DNA from: Chiloscyllium plagiosum
Taxonomy: Eukaryota
Reading direction: 5' to 3'
DNA length: 21,062 bases
Assembly (NCBI RefSeq): GCF_004010195.1
Contig: NC_057753.1
Coordinates: 10,416,445-10,437,506 of the forward strand
Positions 9,663-18,394 of the stretch are shown here, piece after piece (positions within the stretch are counted from its first letter, which is position 1; each line of letters starts with the position of its first letter). The notes beneath the pieces were generated by a model. That model was not told the DNA's origin. It made no database searches and was given only the letters and a program-made list of their open reading frames with translations. A program made the translations under genes and the position numbers.

Positions 9663-9906
9663 GATTCTCCTGTTCCCTGGATGCTGCCTGACCTGCTGCA
9701 CTTTTCCAGCAACACATTTCCAGCTCTGATCTCCAGCATCTGCAGACCTCACTTTCTCCTCATACTAAATTGCCCGTAGTGTTAGGTAAGGGGTAAATGT
9801 AGGGGTATGGGTGGTTTACGCTTCGGCGGGTCGGTGTGGACTTGTTGGGCTGAAGGGCCTGTTTCCACACTGTAAAGTAATCTAATCTAATCTCATCTAA
9901 TCTAAA

Positions 9907-10020
9907 GTACAGATAGAATACTTTCTGTGGCACATCTGTAAAAGTTGGTGAGGGTAGTTATGGACATGCTGAATTTCATAAACCTCCTGAGGGAAAGAGG
10001 TGTTGTTGTACTTTCTTGAC
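9907..10020 (-). mobile_element. Rex1/Babar-like fragment
   Basis: Paralogous to ~1585-1686 ('ctttctgtgg...catctgtaaa...ttggtgaggg...acatgctgaatttc...gtgttgttgt...ttcttgac'). Confidence 0.7.
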
Positions 10021-10059
10021 TGAGATTGTTTCCATCGTTATTCCAGATGGTGAGAACAC

Positions 10060-10805
10060 TCAAACAACCTATTGTGGAGTTTGCATTGCTGTCAGAAAGC
10101 AGTTTGTGTTCAGCAGCAGCGTAGTCACTCAGGCACTTGGTGCTGTGAGACTAAAGGTACAGAGGACCATGAGGAACCAGGGTGTTTCCAACCAACATTC
10201 AAACTGATTGTATAAACCTTTGAAGTTTCAAATGAAAACTGGAAGTTCACTTAGCCAAAAGTTAATGGAGGCATCCTGATAAAATGACCAGGAATACTTG
10301 GAATCCTGAGAAGGATTCAAGTGAATCCTAGAGAGATGTTGCATCCCTTTGACTATTCCCAGAAAGTGAATGAAATATCAAGATTCATGCAAAGATTTGT
10401 GGGAACGCTTGCAGGGAAGTAAAGAAAATTAAATTTACATTTAAGGCCATATATGCTATTCTGCTAAGTTACTCGTATTAATTTTGTCTTTGCTTAAAAA
10501 CGTGAAAAATTAAAGAACAGTTCTTCGAGTTAATCACTGGGTATTCAAATTTCTCCTCAGAATTAATGATCATAACAAAACTGGTTGTCAATGTGGGATG
10601 TTGAATCTGTAGTGTGTGCTTGGTAATGTTTTAATGAACAATATTTCAAAGTGAATTTTATCATGTTAAGTACTAAAGTTTTCTGGAGAGGAAAGATTTG
10701 CCCTTGTGTGTTTTGCAACACTTAACCAAGATCAGTTCTATAGAATAAGCGGACAATTTGATGCTAACAGTTGAGAGCTGGGGCAAAACATCAGAAATAA
10801 TGCAG
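10060..10805 (+). mobile_element. Possible degraded LTR-retrotransposon 5' end (LTR-like region plus gag-like start)
   Basis: About 10680-10805 translates FLERKDLPLCVLQHLTKISSIE*ADNLMLTVESWGKTSEIM, which resembles fish/shark Gypsy gag N-termini. This is a resemblance from memory only. Confidence 0.3.
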
Positions 10806-10809
10806 TCAG

Positions 10810-11418
10810 GAGCAGAGCAATTAGGGTTAGAAAGTTAGCCAAAAATATAAAACAGATTGGAAAGTTTTGTCAGCTTTTTTAACAGTGTTTGTTCTGTAGA
10901 AAATGAGTCTGGGGATTCAATAACAGAGGATAAAGAGATGGGCAGATGAATTGAAAAGAGCTTGAATCTGTCTTCACTAGAGAGGATACAAGTAACACCC
11001 TGGAACTAGCTGTAAATCAGGATTTGAAAGGGAGGGAGGAACTGAAGAAAATTACAATTACCAGGGAAGTAGTACTGAGTAAACTATTGGAACTACGGGT
11101 TGACAAGTCCCAGGTGCCCGAAGGATTTCATTCTAGATTCTTAAAGAAAAACTGGCTAGTGAAATAGTTAATGCATTGGTTTTAATTTTCCAAACGTCAT
11201 TAGTTTCAGGGAAGGTTCCTTTACATTGGTAAACTCCTTTCTTCAAAAAGGGAGACAGAACAGGAAACTGCAGACCACTTGTCTTAACATATGTCATAGG
11301 GAAAATGTTGAAAGCTATAATTAAAGATGTTATGACAGGGCACTTGGTATAAGTTCAAGGTAATCAGGCAGTGTGAATGTGTTTTTGTCAATAGGAAATA
11401 ATGTAATAATTTTTTGAA
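10810..11418 (+). mobile_element. CR1-type LINE ORF2 fragment (pre-RT region and RT start)
   Basis: ITITREVVLSKLLELRVDKSQVPEGFHSRFLK, TPFFKKG, GNCRPLVLTYVIGKMLKAIIKD. Frameshifted. Confidence 0.85.
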
Positions 11419-11661
11419 GAACTGCCTCTCCCCACTCTCCAGTGCTGACAGGGAATGAAATCTCTTCCCTCAGTCCCCACATTTCCACAACATCTCTAGT
11501 TCTGGTGTCCTTTTGGCTCTGTGTTTCTGATGAACAATTGAAAGTTTGACCACAGTCAGAAAACCTGTACAGTCACCCTCTACTGCGAATAGTTTAATGT
11601 TTCTTCAGTCTGTGTAACTGGTTAAAGCTCTTTCCCACAGTCAGCTCACTAGGACACTCTC
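11419..11661 (-). pseudogene. Degenerate C2H2 zinc-finger exon fragment
   Basis: Manual translation allowing frameshifts: RVS**ADCG/KSFNQLHRLKKH*TIRSRG*LYRFSDCGQTFNCSSETQSQKDTRTRDV/WKCGD*GKRFHSLSALESGERQF. Confidence 0.8.
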
Positions 11662-11825
11662 TTTCCCAACAAGGGGAAAGGTCACACAAAAGTTGAGCAG
11701 CCAGACAAAATGCAAAAGCAATAAAATGTCGAGGCACAGGGAAGAAAATTGTGGCTATACTCTTTTTTTCTCCTATCCACGTTTAGACATTTAAAATCTG
11801 TCAGTAATATCAATATCCTAAAGAA

Positions 11826-12024
11826 CATACTGCGCATGTTTGCCGGTGTCAGCAATGCAGTGCGAATGCCCGTCGGTGTCAGCAAAACACTAGGCATGCT
11901 CTTCGCTGTCCGCAAAAAAAGGCGCGAGACCTTCTTTTGATGAGTGATTAGGGAAGCCTGGAGGACCGGAAGGTGACTGGTCCACCTGCTAGTCAGAGCC
12001 CCCTTAGTGTCTGAATGCGGAAGT
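11826..12024 (+). promoter_or_regulatory. Putative ZNF gene promoter: three 30-bp NRF1-like repeats plus ETS/GABP-like sites
   Basis: TGCGCATG at 11831, TGCGAATG at 11861 and TAGGCATG at 11891. ACCGGAAG at 11965-11972 and GCGGAAGT at 12017-12024. Locally CpG-rich, upstream of a splice donor. Confidence 0.6.
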
Positions 12025-12116
12025 TGGACATGAGCTTCTGAAGCTGCTGCTGCTCCTCTCTGAATGAAGATTGAGCTTCACCCCAGACTGAAACTTCCTT
12101 CCCCTGTCCAACATCT
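12017..12116 (+). other. Putative non-coding exon 1 of the ZNF gene (start approximate)
   Basis: Ends ...ccaacatct|GTGAGT (donor 12117-12122). The downstream intron start is paralogous to 1-150. Confidence 0.55.
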
Positions 12117-12263
12117 GTGAGTACGGGACTCTATTTTCTCCCTCCTTTTTTCATTTATTTTTCATTCTGGGGTTCAATTGTTGACTTGCAACAACAGAAA
12201 GGAAAGGGAGTGAATCCAGGGAGGGGACAGATTCTGGAAAAGTTGGTCCAGGTCTGTGTCTCA

Positions 12264-12396
12264 AGTGGCAAAGTAGACAGGCAGGAGGCTGCAAGAACAC
12301 AGCAAGGCAGGCAGCATCAGGAGGTGGAGAAGTCGATGTTTCAGGTGTAACCCTTATTCAAGACTGGGGTGGGTGTATGGAGAGATGCAGATAAAG
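12264..12396 (-). mobile_element. PLE terminal-repeat fragment (third variant) with a degenerate hammerhead
   Basis: Minus strand reads TTGAATAAGGGTTACACCTGAAACATCGACTTCTCC...GATGCTGCCTG, similar to 9635-9710. Confidence 0.6.
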
Positions 12397-12507
12397 ATAA
12401 TCTTAAAACTCCCACCCTAGGGAAAGGACACCCACCATTCACCTCCTCTATACCTCTCATGATTTTATTAACCTCTTTAAGGTCACCTCTGAACCTCGTG
12501 TGCTCCA

Positions 12508-12603
12508 GTGAAAAAGAGTGTGGTGCTAGAAAAGCACAGCAGGTCTGGCAGCATCTGAGGAGCAGGTAAATGGACGTTTCGGGCAGAAGCCCTTCATCAG
12601 GAA
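12508..12603 (-). mobile_element. PLE terminal-repeat fragment
   Basis: Matches 3843-3925 and 9548-9632. Confidence 0.8.
12573..12600 (-). ncRNA. Minimal hammerhead ribozyme motif, intact core
   Basis: Minus strand reads CTGATGA A GGGC-TTCT-GCCC GAAAC GTC. Confidence 0.7.
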
Positions 12604-12604
12604 C

Positions 12605-12800
12605 TGCTTTTTCCGGAGAGTAGTGAATCTATGGAATTCTCTGCCCAATGAAGCAGTTGGATGGGTTTTGCATGGTAGGGGAATTAAGGGTAGTTGGGAC
12701 AATGCAGAGGATGAGCTGAGACGATGGATAGATCAGCCATGATCTTAATGAATGGCGGTGCAGGTTGGATGGGCCAAATGGCCTACTCCCGCTCTTTTAC
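12605..12800 (+). mobile_element. CR1-type LINE 3' tail
   Basis: RVVNLWNSLP followed by the tail 'gatcagccatgatcttaatgaatggcggtgcagg...gatgggccaaatggcctactcc'. Confidence 0.8.
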
Positions 12801-12889
12801 GCTGAAACTGTAACCCTGTATTTCCCATGGCCAACCCACCTAACCTGCACATCCCTGGACACTAGGAGCAATTTAACATGGACAATCCA

Positions 12890-13210
12890 AATCAAGGCCA
12901 GTGAGCAATGTAGTGATGTGGAAAATGACCATCAGAGAATGACAGAAAGGGACAAGGAGGATAAATTTACCAGCAATCAAACTGGATTCGAAAGATCACA
13001 AAAATTGAACCTAAAAACGGTGTGTCTGAATGTGCGCTGCATTGTAACAAAAGTGAATGAATTGAGTGCACACATTGAAGAGAATAATTATGATCTGAAA
13101 CTCCTTACAGAGACATGGCTTCAGGATGACAAGGATTGACCCTGAATATCGAGGGGGTAATCAAATGGGAAGCTAGGTAAAGGTAGAGGGTTGGCACTGC
13201 TAATCAAAGC
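12890..13210 (+). mobile_element. CR1-type LINE ORF2 N-terminus (APE endonuclease) fragment
   Basis: LKTVCLNVRCIVTKVNELSAHIEENNYDLKLLTETWLQDDKD*...GRGLALLIK. Confidence 0.85.
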
Positions 13211-13258
13211 ACTGATCACAGGGCAGACTGGTGTCAGCTTGGATTTCAGGTACTGATA

Positions 13259-13577
13259 GGCGGCACGGTGGCACAGTGGTTAGCACTGCTGCCTCACAGC
13301 GCCAAAGACCTGGGCTCAATTCCCGCCTCAGGCGACTGACTGTGTGGAGTTTGCACGTTCTCCCCGTGTCTGCGTGGGTTTCCACCGGGTGCTCCGGTTT
13401 CCTCCCACAGTCCAAAGATGTGCAGGTCAGGTGAATTGGCCATGCTAAATTACCCATCGTGTTAGGTAACGGGTGAATGTAAGGGTATGGGTGGGTTACG
13501 CTTCGGCAGGTCGGTGTGGACTTGTTGGGCCGAAGGGCCTGTTTCCACACTGTAATGTAATGTAATGTAATCTAATC
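13259..13577 (+). mobile_element. Full-length HE1-type tRNA-derived SINE
   Basis: Head 'ggcggcacggtggcacagtggttagcactgctgcctcacagcgcca' with A/B-box-like motifs, V-domain-like 'gtgtggagtttgcacgttctccccgtgtctgcgtgggtttcc', LINE-like tail and (TGTAA)n end. Confidence 0.9.
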
Positions 13578-14019
13578 GATTTCTCGTCCTCTGTTGATCT
13601 TCCCAGAGAGTATGATGTCAATCTGTTCTCAGCTCTGTTGGCTTTCTGCTGAAACTTTGACCTCCCCCTTTTACACCTTTCGGAACAATAAAACATTCAG
13701 TTAATCAAGCCCCAATCCACAACCTCCCAGCCTGTCAGCCATCCAGACACAGTGTACAGTCATAGCAGGGAATCAAACAAGAAAAATGAAACAAAATTAA
13801 AAGAAAGAAGGTGCTCATGTTTAATGTTTGTTCATTTGGAAGGAAACCAGAAATAGGAGTCCCCCAGCATTCTTATACTGCCCTACTTGAGGAATTCTCG
13901 CTCCCTTACATCTAACTATTAGTACCCAGCTATGATTTACAACAATATTTACACCAACAGAAGTAAGTCATCTGTTCTCAAATAGACATAGAAATGCACA
14001 GGATGGAAATAGACATTTT

Positions 14020-14682
14020 CTCTCTGTCATACACACACACCCACATACAAGTCCATGGGAGTGAATGTGTATTTGCAGGATTATATTTGCAGAGCTGAGC
14101 TGAGATGTCATTTTTTGTGATAAAACCTTAAGTTATCTCAAGAAGATGCCTTACAGGAAGTTCTGGGATTGACATATTAATGATACCTGCAACCCATTTG
14201 AAAAGATTAGATTACTTACAGTGTGGAAACAGGCCCTTCGGCCCAACAAGTCCACACTGACCCTCCGAAGAGCAACCCACCCAGACCCATTCCCCAACAT
14301 CTAACACTACAGGCAATTTAGCATGGCCAATTCACCTAACCTGCACATTTTTGGACTGTGGGAGGAAACCGGAGGAAACCCACGCAGACACGGGAAGAAT
14401 GTGCAAACTCCACACAGAGGCAGGAATTGAACCTGGGTCTCTGGTGCTGTGAGGCAGCAGTGCTAACCACTGTGCCACCATGCTGCCCTTAAAAGACTTA
14501 ACAATCCAGGTTTGTTCAATATGTCATTTCAGTGGCAGGACAGTGTAATGTTTTTTCCATAAATTCTGTGTCTTATGATATTATTCTCTGCAACCACCCA
14601 ATGAAGGAGCAGCACTCCAAAAGCTAGTGCTTCTAAATAAACCTGATGGACTATAACCTGGTGTTGTGTGATTTTTAACTTT
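14020..14682 (+). mobile_element. PLE 3' region plus terminal repeat (degenerate hammerhead 14598-14626), interrupted by a SINE
   Basis: Colinear with the reverse complement of 17640-18250. 'ccaatgaaggagcagcactccaaaagctagtgc' matches 7023-7058. Confidence 0.8.
14205..14488 (-). mobile_element. HE1-type SINE
   Basis: Reverse-complement match to 13259-13577 with small deletions. Confidence 0.9.
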
Positions 14683-14689
14683 ATCCATG

Positions 14690-14880
14690 TTAGGGTGGAT
14701 TTGCTATGTTAAATTACCCATAGTGTCCAGAGATGTGCAGTTTAGGTGTAGTACACAGGGAGTAAATGTAGAGCAATAGGAGTAGGGGAATGGGTGTGGG
14801 TGGGTTACCCTTCGGATGGTCGGTGTGGACTCGTTGGGCTGAGTGGCCTGCTCCCACATTGTGGGGATTCTCTGAATGGA
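14690..14880 (+). mobile_element. HE1-related SINE 3' fragment
   Basis: 'aaattacccatagtg...gggtgggttacccttcggatggtcggtgtggactcgttgggctgagtggcctg'. Confidence 0.7.
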
Positions 14881-15051
14881 AGGGATTTCTACAAACGATA
14901 CAAGGCAGTGCGGGCCAGCCGGCCGGCCGTAGCATGTGCAGTGCGGGGTCCTGCTTTCGGTGGAGCTCCGAGTCTTGCCCCGTCTCCCATTCCCTCCCGA
15001 CCCCCGACCCATTGATTGCTGTTGGGGCTGTTTCCCCCATCATGCCAGAGT

Positions 15052-15568
15052 CTGAGGGGTGACATCATGCACTTTTATAAAATCATGAGGGGCAATGGAT
15101 AGGGTAAATAGACAAGGTTTTTTCCTTGGGATGCGGGAGTCCAGAATTCGAGGGTAATAGGTTTAGGGTGAGAGCGGGGAGGGAGATGTAAAATAGACCT
15201 CAGGGGCAACTTTTTCACAGAGAGGATGGTGCATATATGGAGTGAGCTGCGAGAGGAAGTGGTGGAGGCTGGTACAATTACAACAGTTGAAAGGTATCTG
15301 GATGGGCATATGATTACAAAGGGTTCAGACGGATAGGGGCCAAGTGATGGCAAATGCAACTGGAGACATAGAGATGTATAGCATGGAAATAGACCATTCG
15401 GTCCAACCCGTCCATACCGACCAGATAGCCAACCCAATCTTAATCCCACCTGCCAGCTCCCGGCCCATACAGGGGCTAAGTGATGGCAAATGTGACTAGA
15501 TTAATTGAGGATATCTGGTCAGCTCAGACAAGTTGGGCCAAAGGGTCTGTTTCCATGCTGTATGACTA
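15052..15568 (+). mobile_element. CR1-type LINE 3' end containing an inverted CR1 tail (15365-15470)
   Basis: LRGD...YKIMRG...DLRGNFFTERMVHIWSELREEVVEAGTITT. A 30-bp direct repeat at 15335-15364 and 15471-15500 flanks the inverted tail. Confidence 0.8.
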
Positions 15569-16109
15569 ATGTCTTCGGTGAAAGCAGAACTGTGGTTGTG
15601 AAGACTGGACTTTCAGAGCAGCTTTCAAGGATGTTTTGCCCTTACTGGGAGCAGAAGAGTTGACTGAAGTGTGTCGGTGTTAATGCCTTGATGTCTCATT
15701 TTCCTTCCACCTTCCTGGGGTCGTTAACCATTTTGTGTCTGGTTGTTCCACAAGAAGCTGCTTTGCAGGTTCACCCTGAATTGACGCATTTTTTTTTGCT
15801 TCCCGAAATCAGACCTGCTCACTCTCAGTAGGATCTCAGTGTTGTGAAAGATATTAACTTTCAGATGGAGTTATCCAAAATTCAGTGAGATGTCAGACTT
15901 AATGTTTTTGTTTTTCTACCCCGATCTTGAATCAGCACCTTCAGGAGAATTAGTTAGAGCGGAGTGCAAACAGAGGGGGAGAGAGAGAGTGGGATGGAGC
16001 TTTTTGTAGAATAACAAAAGAAAAGAATATTCTGCAGAAAGTAGAATTGCTTGTTCTGAATTGTAATCTCTTGTAATCTCTTTTTGCAGGATATTTGAAG
16101 ATCTGAAGA

Positions 16110-16230
16110 GATGAAGGCCTTATGCCCGAAACATTGACTTTCCTGCTCCTTGGATTCTGCGTGACCCGTTGTGCTTTTCCAACGCCGCATTTTTCAACAC
16201 TGACTCTCCAGCGTCTGCAGTCCTCACTTT
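16110..16230 (+). mobile_element. PLE terminal-repeat fragment within the putative ZNF exon 2 (hammerhead truncated)
   Basis: 'gatgaaggccttatgcccgaaacattgactttcctgctcc...ctccagcgtctgcagtcctcacttt' matches 9637-9755. Confidence 0.8.
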
Positions 16231-16383
16231 GACGCCCATGTCTGACAGTCACTCCATCCATCGGGACCGCAACAATTTTCAACTATGATTCTGGGAGAAG
16301 GAGCAAAGCATTTGGTTCCTGTTTGAGTGCGTTTTCAGCATCAGTGGGACTGGATGAGAGAGCCTACTGTTGCAGGGCATTGA

Positions 16384-16746
16384 ATGTGGAGTGTGAAACA
16401 GATCTACGACCTGGAAAGAGGAATTCACAGCAGGGAGGAGGTGTACACACGTTTGTGTGCAGCTGAGGCTTCAGCCATGGAGAAACTTGAGGAATCCCAC
16501 CCTGTGGAGAAACCATGGGAGTGTGGCAACTGTGGGAAAGGCTTTCGCGCCCAGTCTACCCTGGAGACTCATCAGCATAGTCACACTGGGGAGAGGCCGT
16601 TCTCCTGCCCCGTGTGCGGGAAGGCCTTCAGCGATTCCTCCACCCTGTTGAGGCACCAGTGGGTCCACTCTGGGGAGAGGCCAATCACCCGCTCTCAGTG
16701 CAGGAAGGGCTTCACCCGCTCCTCCCACCTGTGGAGGCACCAGTGA
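16384..16746 (+). CDS. Short C2H2 zinc-finger protein, truncated and probably a pseudogene
   Basis: Two intact fingers (CGNCGKGFRAQSTLETHQHSH and CPVCGKAFSDSSTLLRHQWVH) with TGERPF/SGERP linkers. The third finger has lost its first Cys and ends HQ*VH (TGA, probably from CGA). A Kozak-like gccATGG lies at 16477, and the upstream acceptor is tttttgcAG at 16088-16089. Confidence 0.6.
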   Translation: MWSVKQIYDLERGIHSREEVYTRLCAAEASAMEKLEESHPVEKPWECGNCGKGFRAQSTLETHQHSHTGERPFSCPVCGKAFSDSSTLLRHQWVHSGERPITRSQCRKGFTRSSHLWRHQ

Positions 16747-16774
16747 GTTCACATGCCATCACAGAGGGATTGAA

Positions 16775-17086
16775 GGAGCGATGGCCGAGTGCCATCATCA
16801 ATCGGACTACCACCTCAGTTCCCGGTTTGAATTCCACCACAGCAGATGGCAGAATTGGAAATCGGTTAGAAATCTGGAGTTCAGAAGCTAATGATGAAAC
16901 CATTTTCAGCAGGGTCGGTCCGGGGTGAGGAGAAACCCCCATGTGATTCACTCACATCTTTTTTCGGGAAGGAAACTGCTGTTGTGGGAAAGGATTCACT
17001 GAGTCATCACAGCTGCAACCTTTACCCGGCCTGGCCGACGTGTGACTCCAGACCTACAGCAGTGTCGTTGACTCTACACTGACCCC
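16775..17086 (+). mobile_element. Old tRNA-derived SINE, DeuSINE/SacSINE1-like
   Basis: A-box-like TGGCCGAGTG (16782-16791) and B-box-like GGTTTGAATTCC (16824-16835). Core 'gggaaggaaactgc...ttacccggcctggccgacgtgtgactccagacctacagcagtgtcgttgactct'. The family name is from recollection. Confidence 0.6.
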
Positions 17087-17609
17087 ATCCCCGGCAGATG
17101 AGCGGGGAGAAACTTACTTTGAGACAGGGTGTGGGTTGAAATTGCTGCGTGAGGCAATACTTCCTCCGGGTTACAGCTGTACAAAGGATCCAGTTACAAA
17201 GGGACAACTTGATGCTGACCAATAGTCAAGAAAGTGAGGTGGGGTGGTGGGGTAGTGTGTGCGCTTTGATCTTGAGCTGTTTAAAAAGCAACTAATTTTT
17301 CTATGCCTTTTTATTGGGGGGATTCTGAAGCTGTAACAAAGTTGGGTCACAATAAAGGTTACCTTACTGCCTGGCTCAGACTAATTGAAAGCTTTGAGCT
17401 CCAAGAGGTTTTGTTTGAAAGCTGTTCTTTTCTTTCAGTATCCTGAACTAAGTTTCCAATGTCGTGTATCAGATGGAATAGTGAATGAGTAGCTAGTATC
17501 ATTCAAAATTGTAAGTTTTTCAGGAGTGCAGGTATTGTGTCATTTCATCGGCATTGTAAAGTTTAATGGCGGTGCTGGAAGGTGTGGGCTGTGTTCACTA
17601 GAAACTATG

Positions 17610-18362
17610 TGGAGGTGCCGATATTGGACTGAGGTGGATAAAGTTTAAAAATCACACAGCACCAGGTTTTGTTCAACAGGTTTATTTGGAAGCACTGACT
17701 TTCGGAGCTTGTTCCTTCATCAAGTAGCTGTGGTGAAAATGTGTTGCTGGAAAAGCGCAGCAGGTTAGGCAGCATCCAAGGAGCAGGAGAGTTGACTTTT
17801 CGGGCATGAGCCCTTCTTCAGGAATCCTGCTGCACAGCTCAAGTAGCTGTGGAGCAGGATTGTAAGACACAGATTATATAGCAAAAGATCACCGTGTCAT
17901 GCAACTGATAGAATATATTAAACAAACCTAGATTGCTGTTAAGTCTTTCATCTTTTAGAATGTGTTGCAGGTTTTGGTTCATTAATCCGTAAATCCCAGA
18001 ACATCTTTTAAGTCACGTTCTCAAAATGACTTAACTTTTTTTTTAAAGTCTCAGCTCAGAAAATGCATTAAAGATGTGAGGTTCGTGTCTGTCAGTGTCA
18101 CGCTCTTGACTAAGACTGGTTCTATTTCCAAAGTAGGAATTTGTAAAATATTACATGGATTGATTGCCTTTTGAGCAAAATTGAATGTATCTGCAAATAT
18201 AATTCTGCCAATACAAATTCACCCCATAGAGTTATGCGTGTGTGTGTGCACGTTTGCGTGAGAGTGCGTGGAATAGTGTTTGCATGCTTGATAAAGTGAG
18301 TGTGAGGGTGTGTAAGCCTGTGAGTGTGTGTGTGTCTGAGAAAGAGCTGTCTATGAGAGAGG
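17610..18362 (-). mobile_element. PLE terminal repeat plus 3' region (hammerhead 17696-17723 with TTGATGA)
   Basis: Matches 20010-20103 and the reverse complements of 14020-14682 and 6953-7109. GT-rich tract at 18237-18360. Confidence 0.85.
17734..17838 (-). mobile_element. Nested PLE terminal-repeat insertion with a 14-bp TSD (hammerhead 17794-17821)
   Basis: TCAAGTAGCTGTGG at 17720-17733 and 17839-17852. Minus strand reads CTGAAGA A GGGC-TCAT-GCCC GAAAA GTC. Confidence 0.85.
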
Positions 18363-18394
18363 TACGAATAAAAGCAAGGGGTTACGTTTTGCTA

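Larger units (their letters stand above)
9542..9760. mobile_element. Palindromic non-autonomous Penelope-like insertion with a 13-bp TSD
   Basis: CATACTAAATTGC at 9529-9541 and 9761-9773. The 91-bp inverted arms (9540-9630 and 9634-9724) differ at 2 positions and are separated by a 3-bp spacer. Confidence 0.9.
9485..9905 (+). mobile_element. 5'-truncated HE1-type SINE interrupted by a palindromic PLE insertion
   Basis: 9485-9541 and 9761-9905 join into a continuous match to 13397-13577, with a (TCTAA)n tail. Confidence 0.9.

Noticed and set aside
9439..9729. Near-identical ORFs on both strands (MCCWKSAAGQAASREQ...)
   Set aside because: They result from the DNA palindrome and show no protein features.
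11826..11915. CRISPR-like periodic repeat
   Set aside because: The context is eukaryotic, the units are contiguous 30-bp repeats without unique spacers, and there are no cas genes.
11682..11940. ORFs with repeated peptide motifs on both strands
   Set aside because: They arise from the 30-bp promoter repeat, and nothing supports coding function.
13259..13335. tRNA-like sequence (also ~16775-16840 and ~18931-19005)
   Set aside because: These are tRNA-derived SINE heads followed by SINE bodies, and no complete cloverleaf was found.
13200..13550. ORFs overlapping HE1 SINEs (also 14704-15062 and 18838-19366)
   Set aside because: They are chance reading frames in repeated SINE sequence that recur at each copy.
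13611..13655. Possible C/D snoRNA (ATGATG...CTGA)
   Set aside because: Box C is imperfect, the span is only ~40 nt, and there is no terminal stem.
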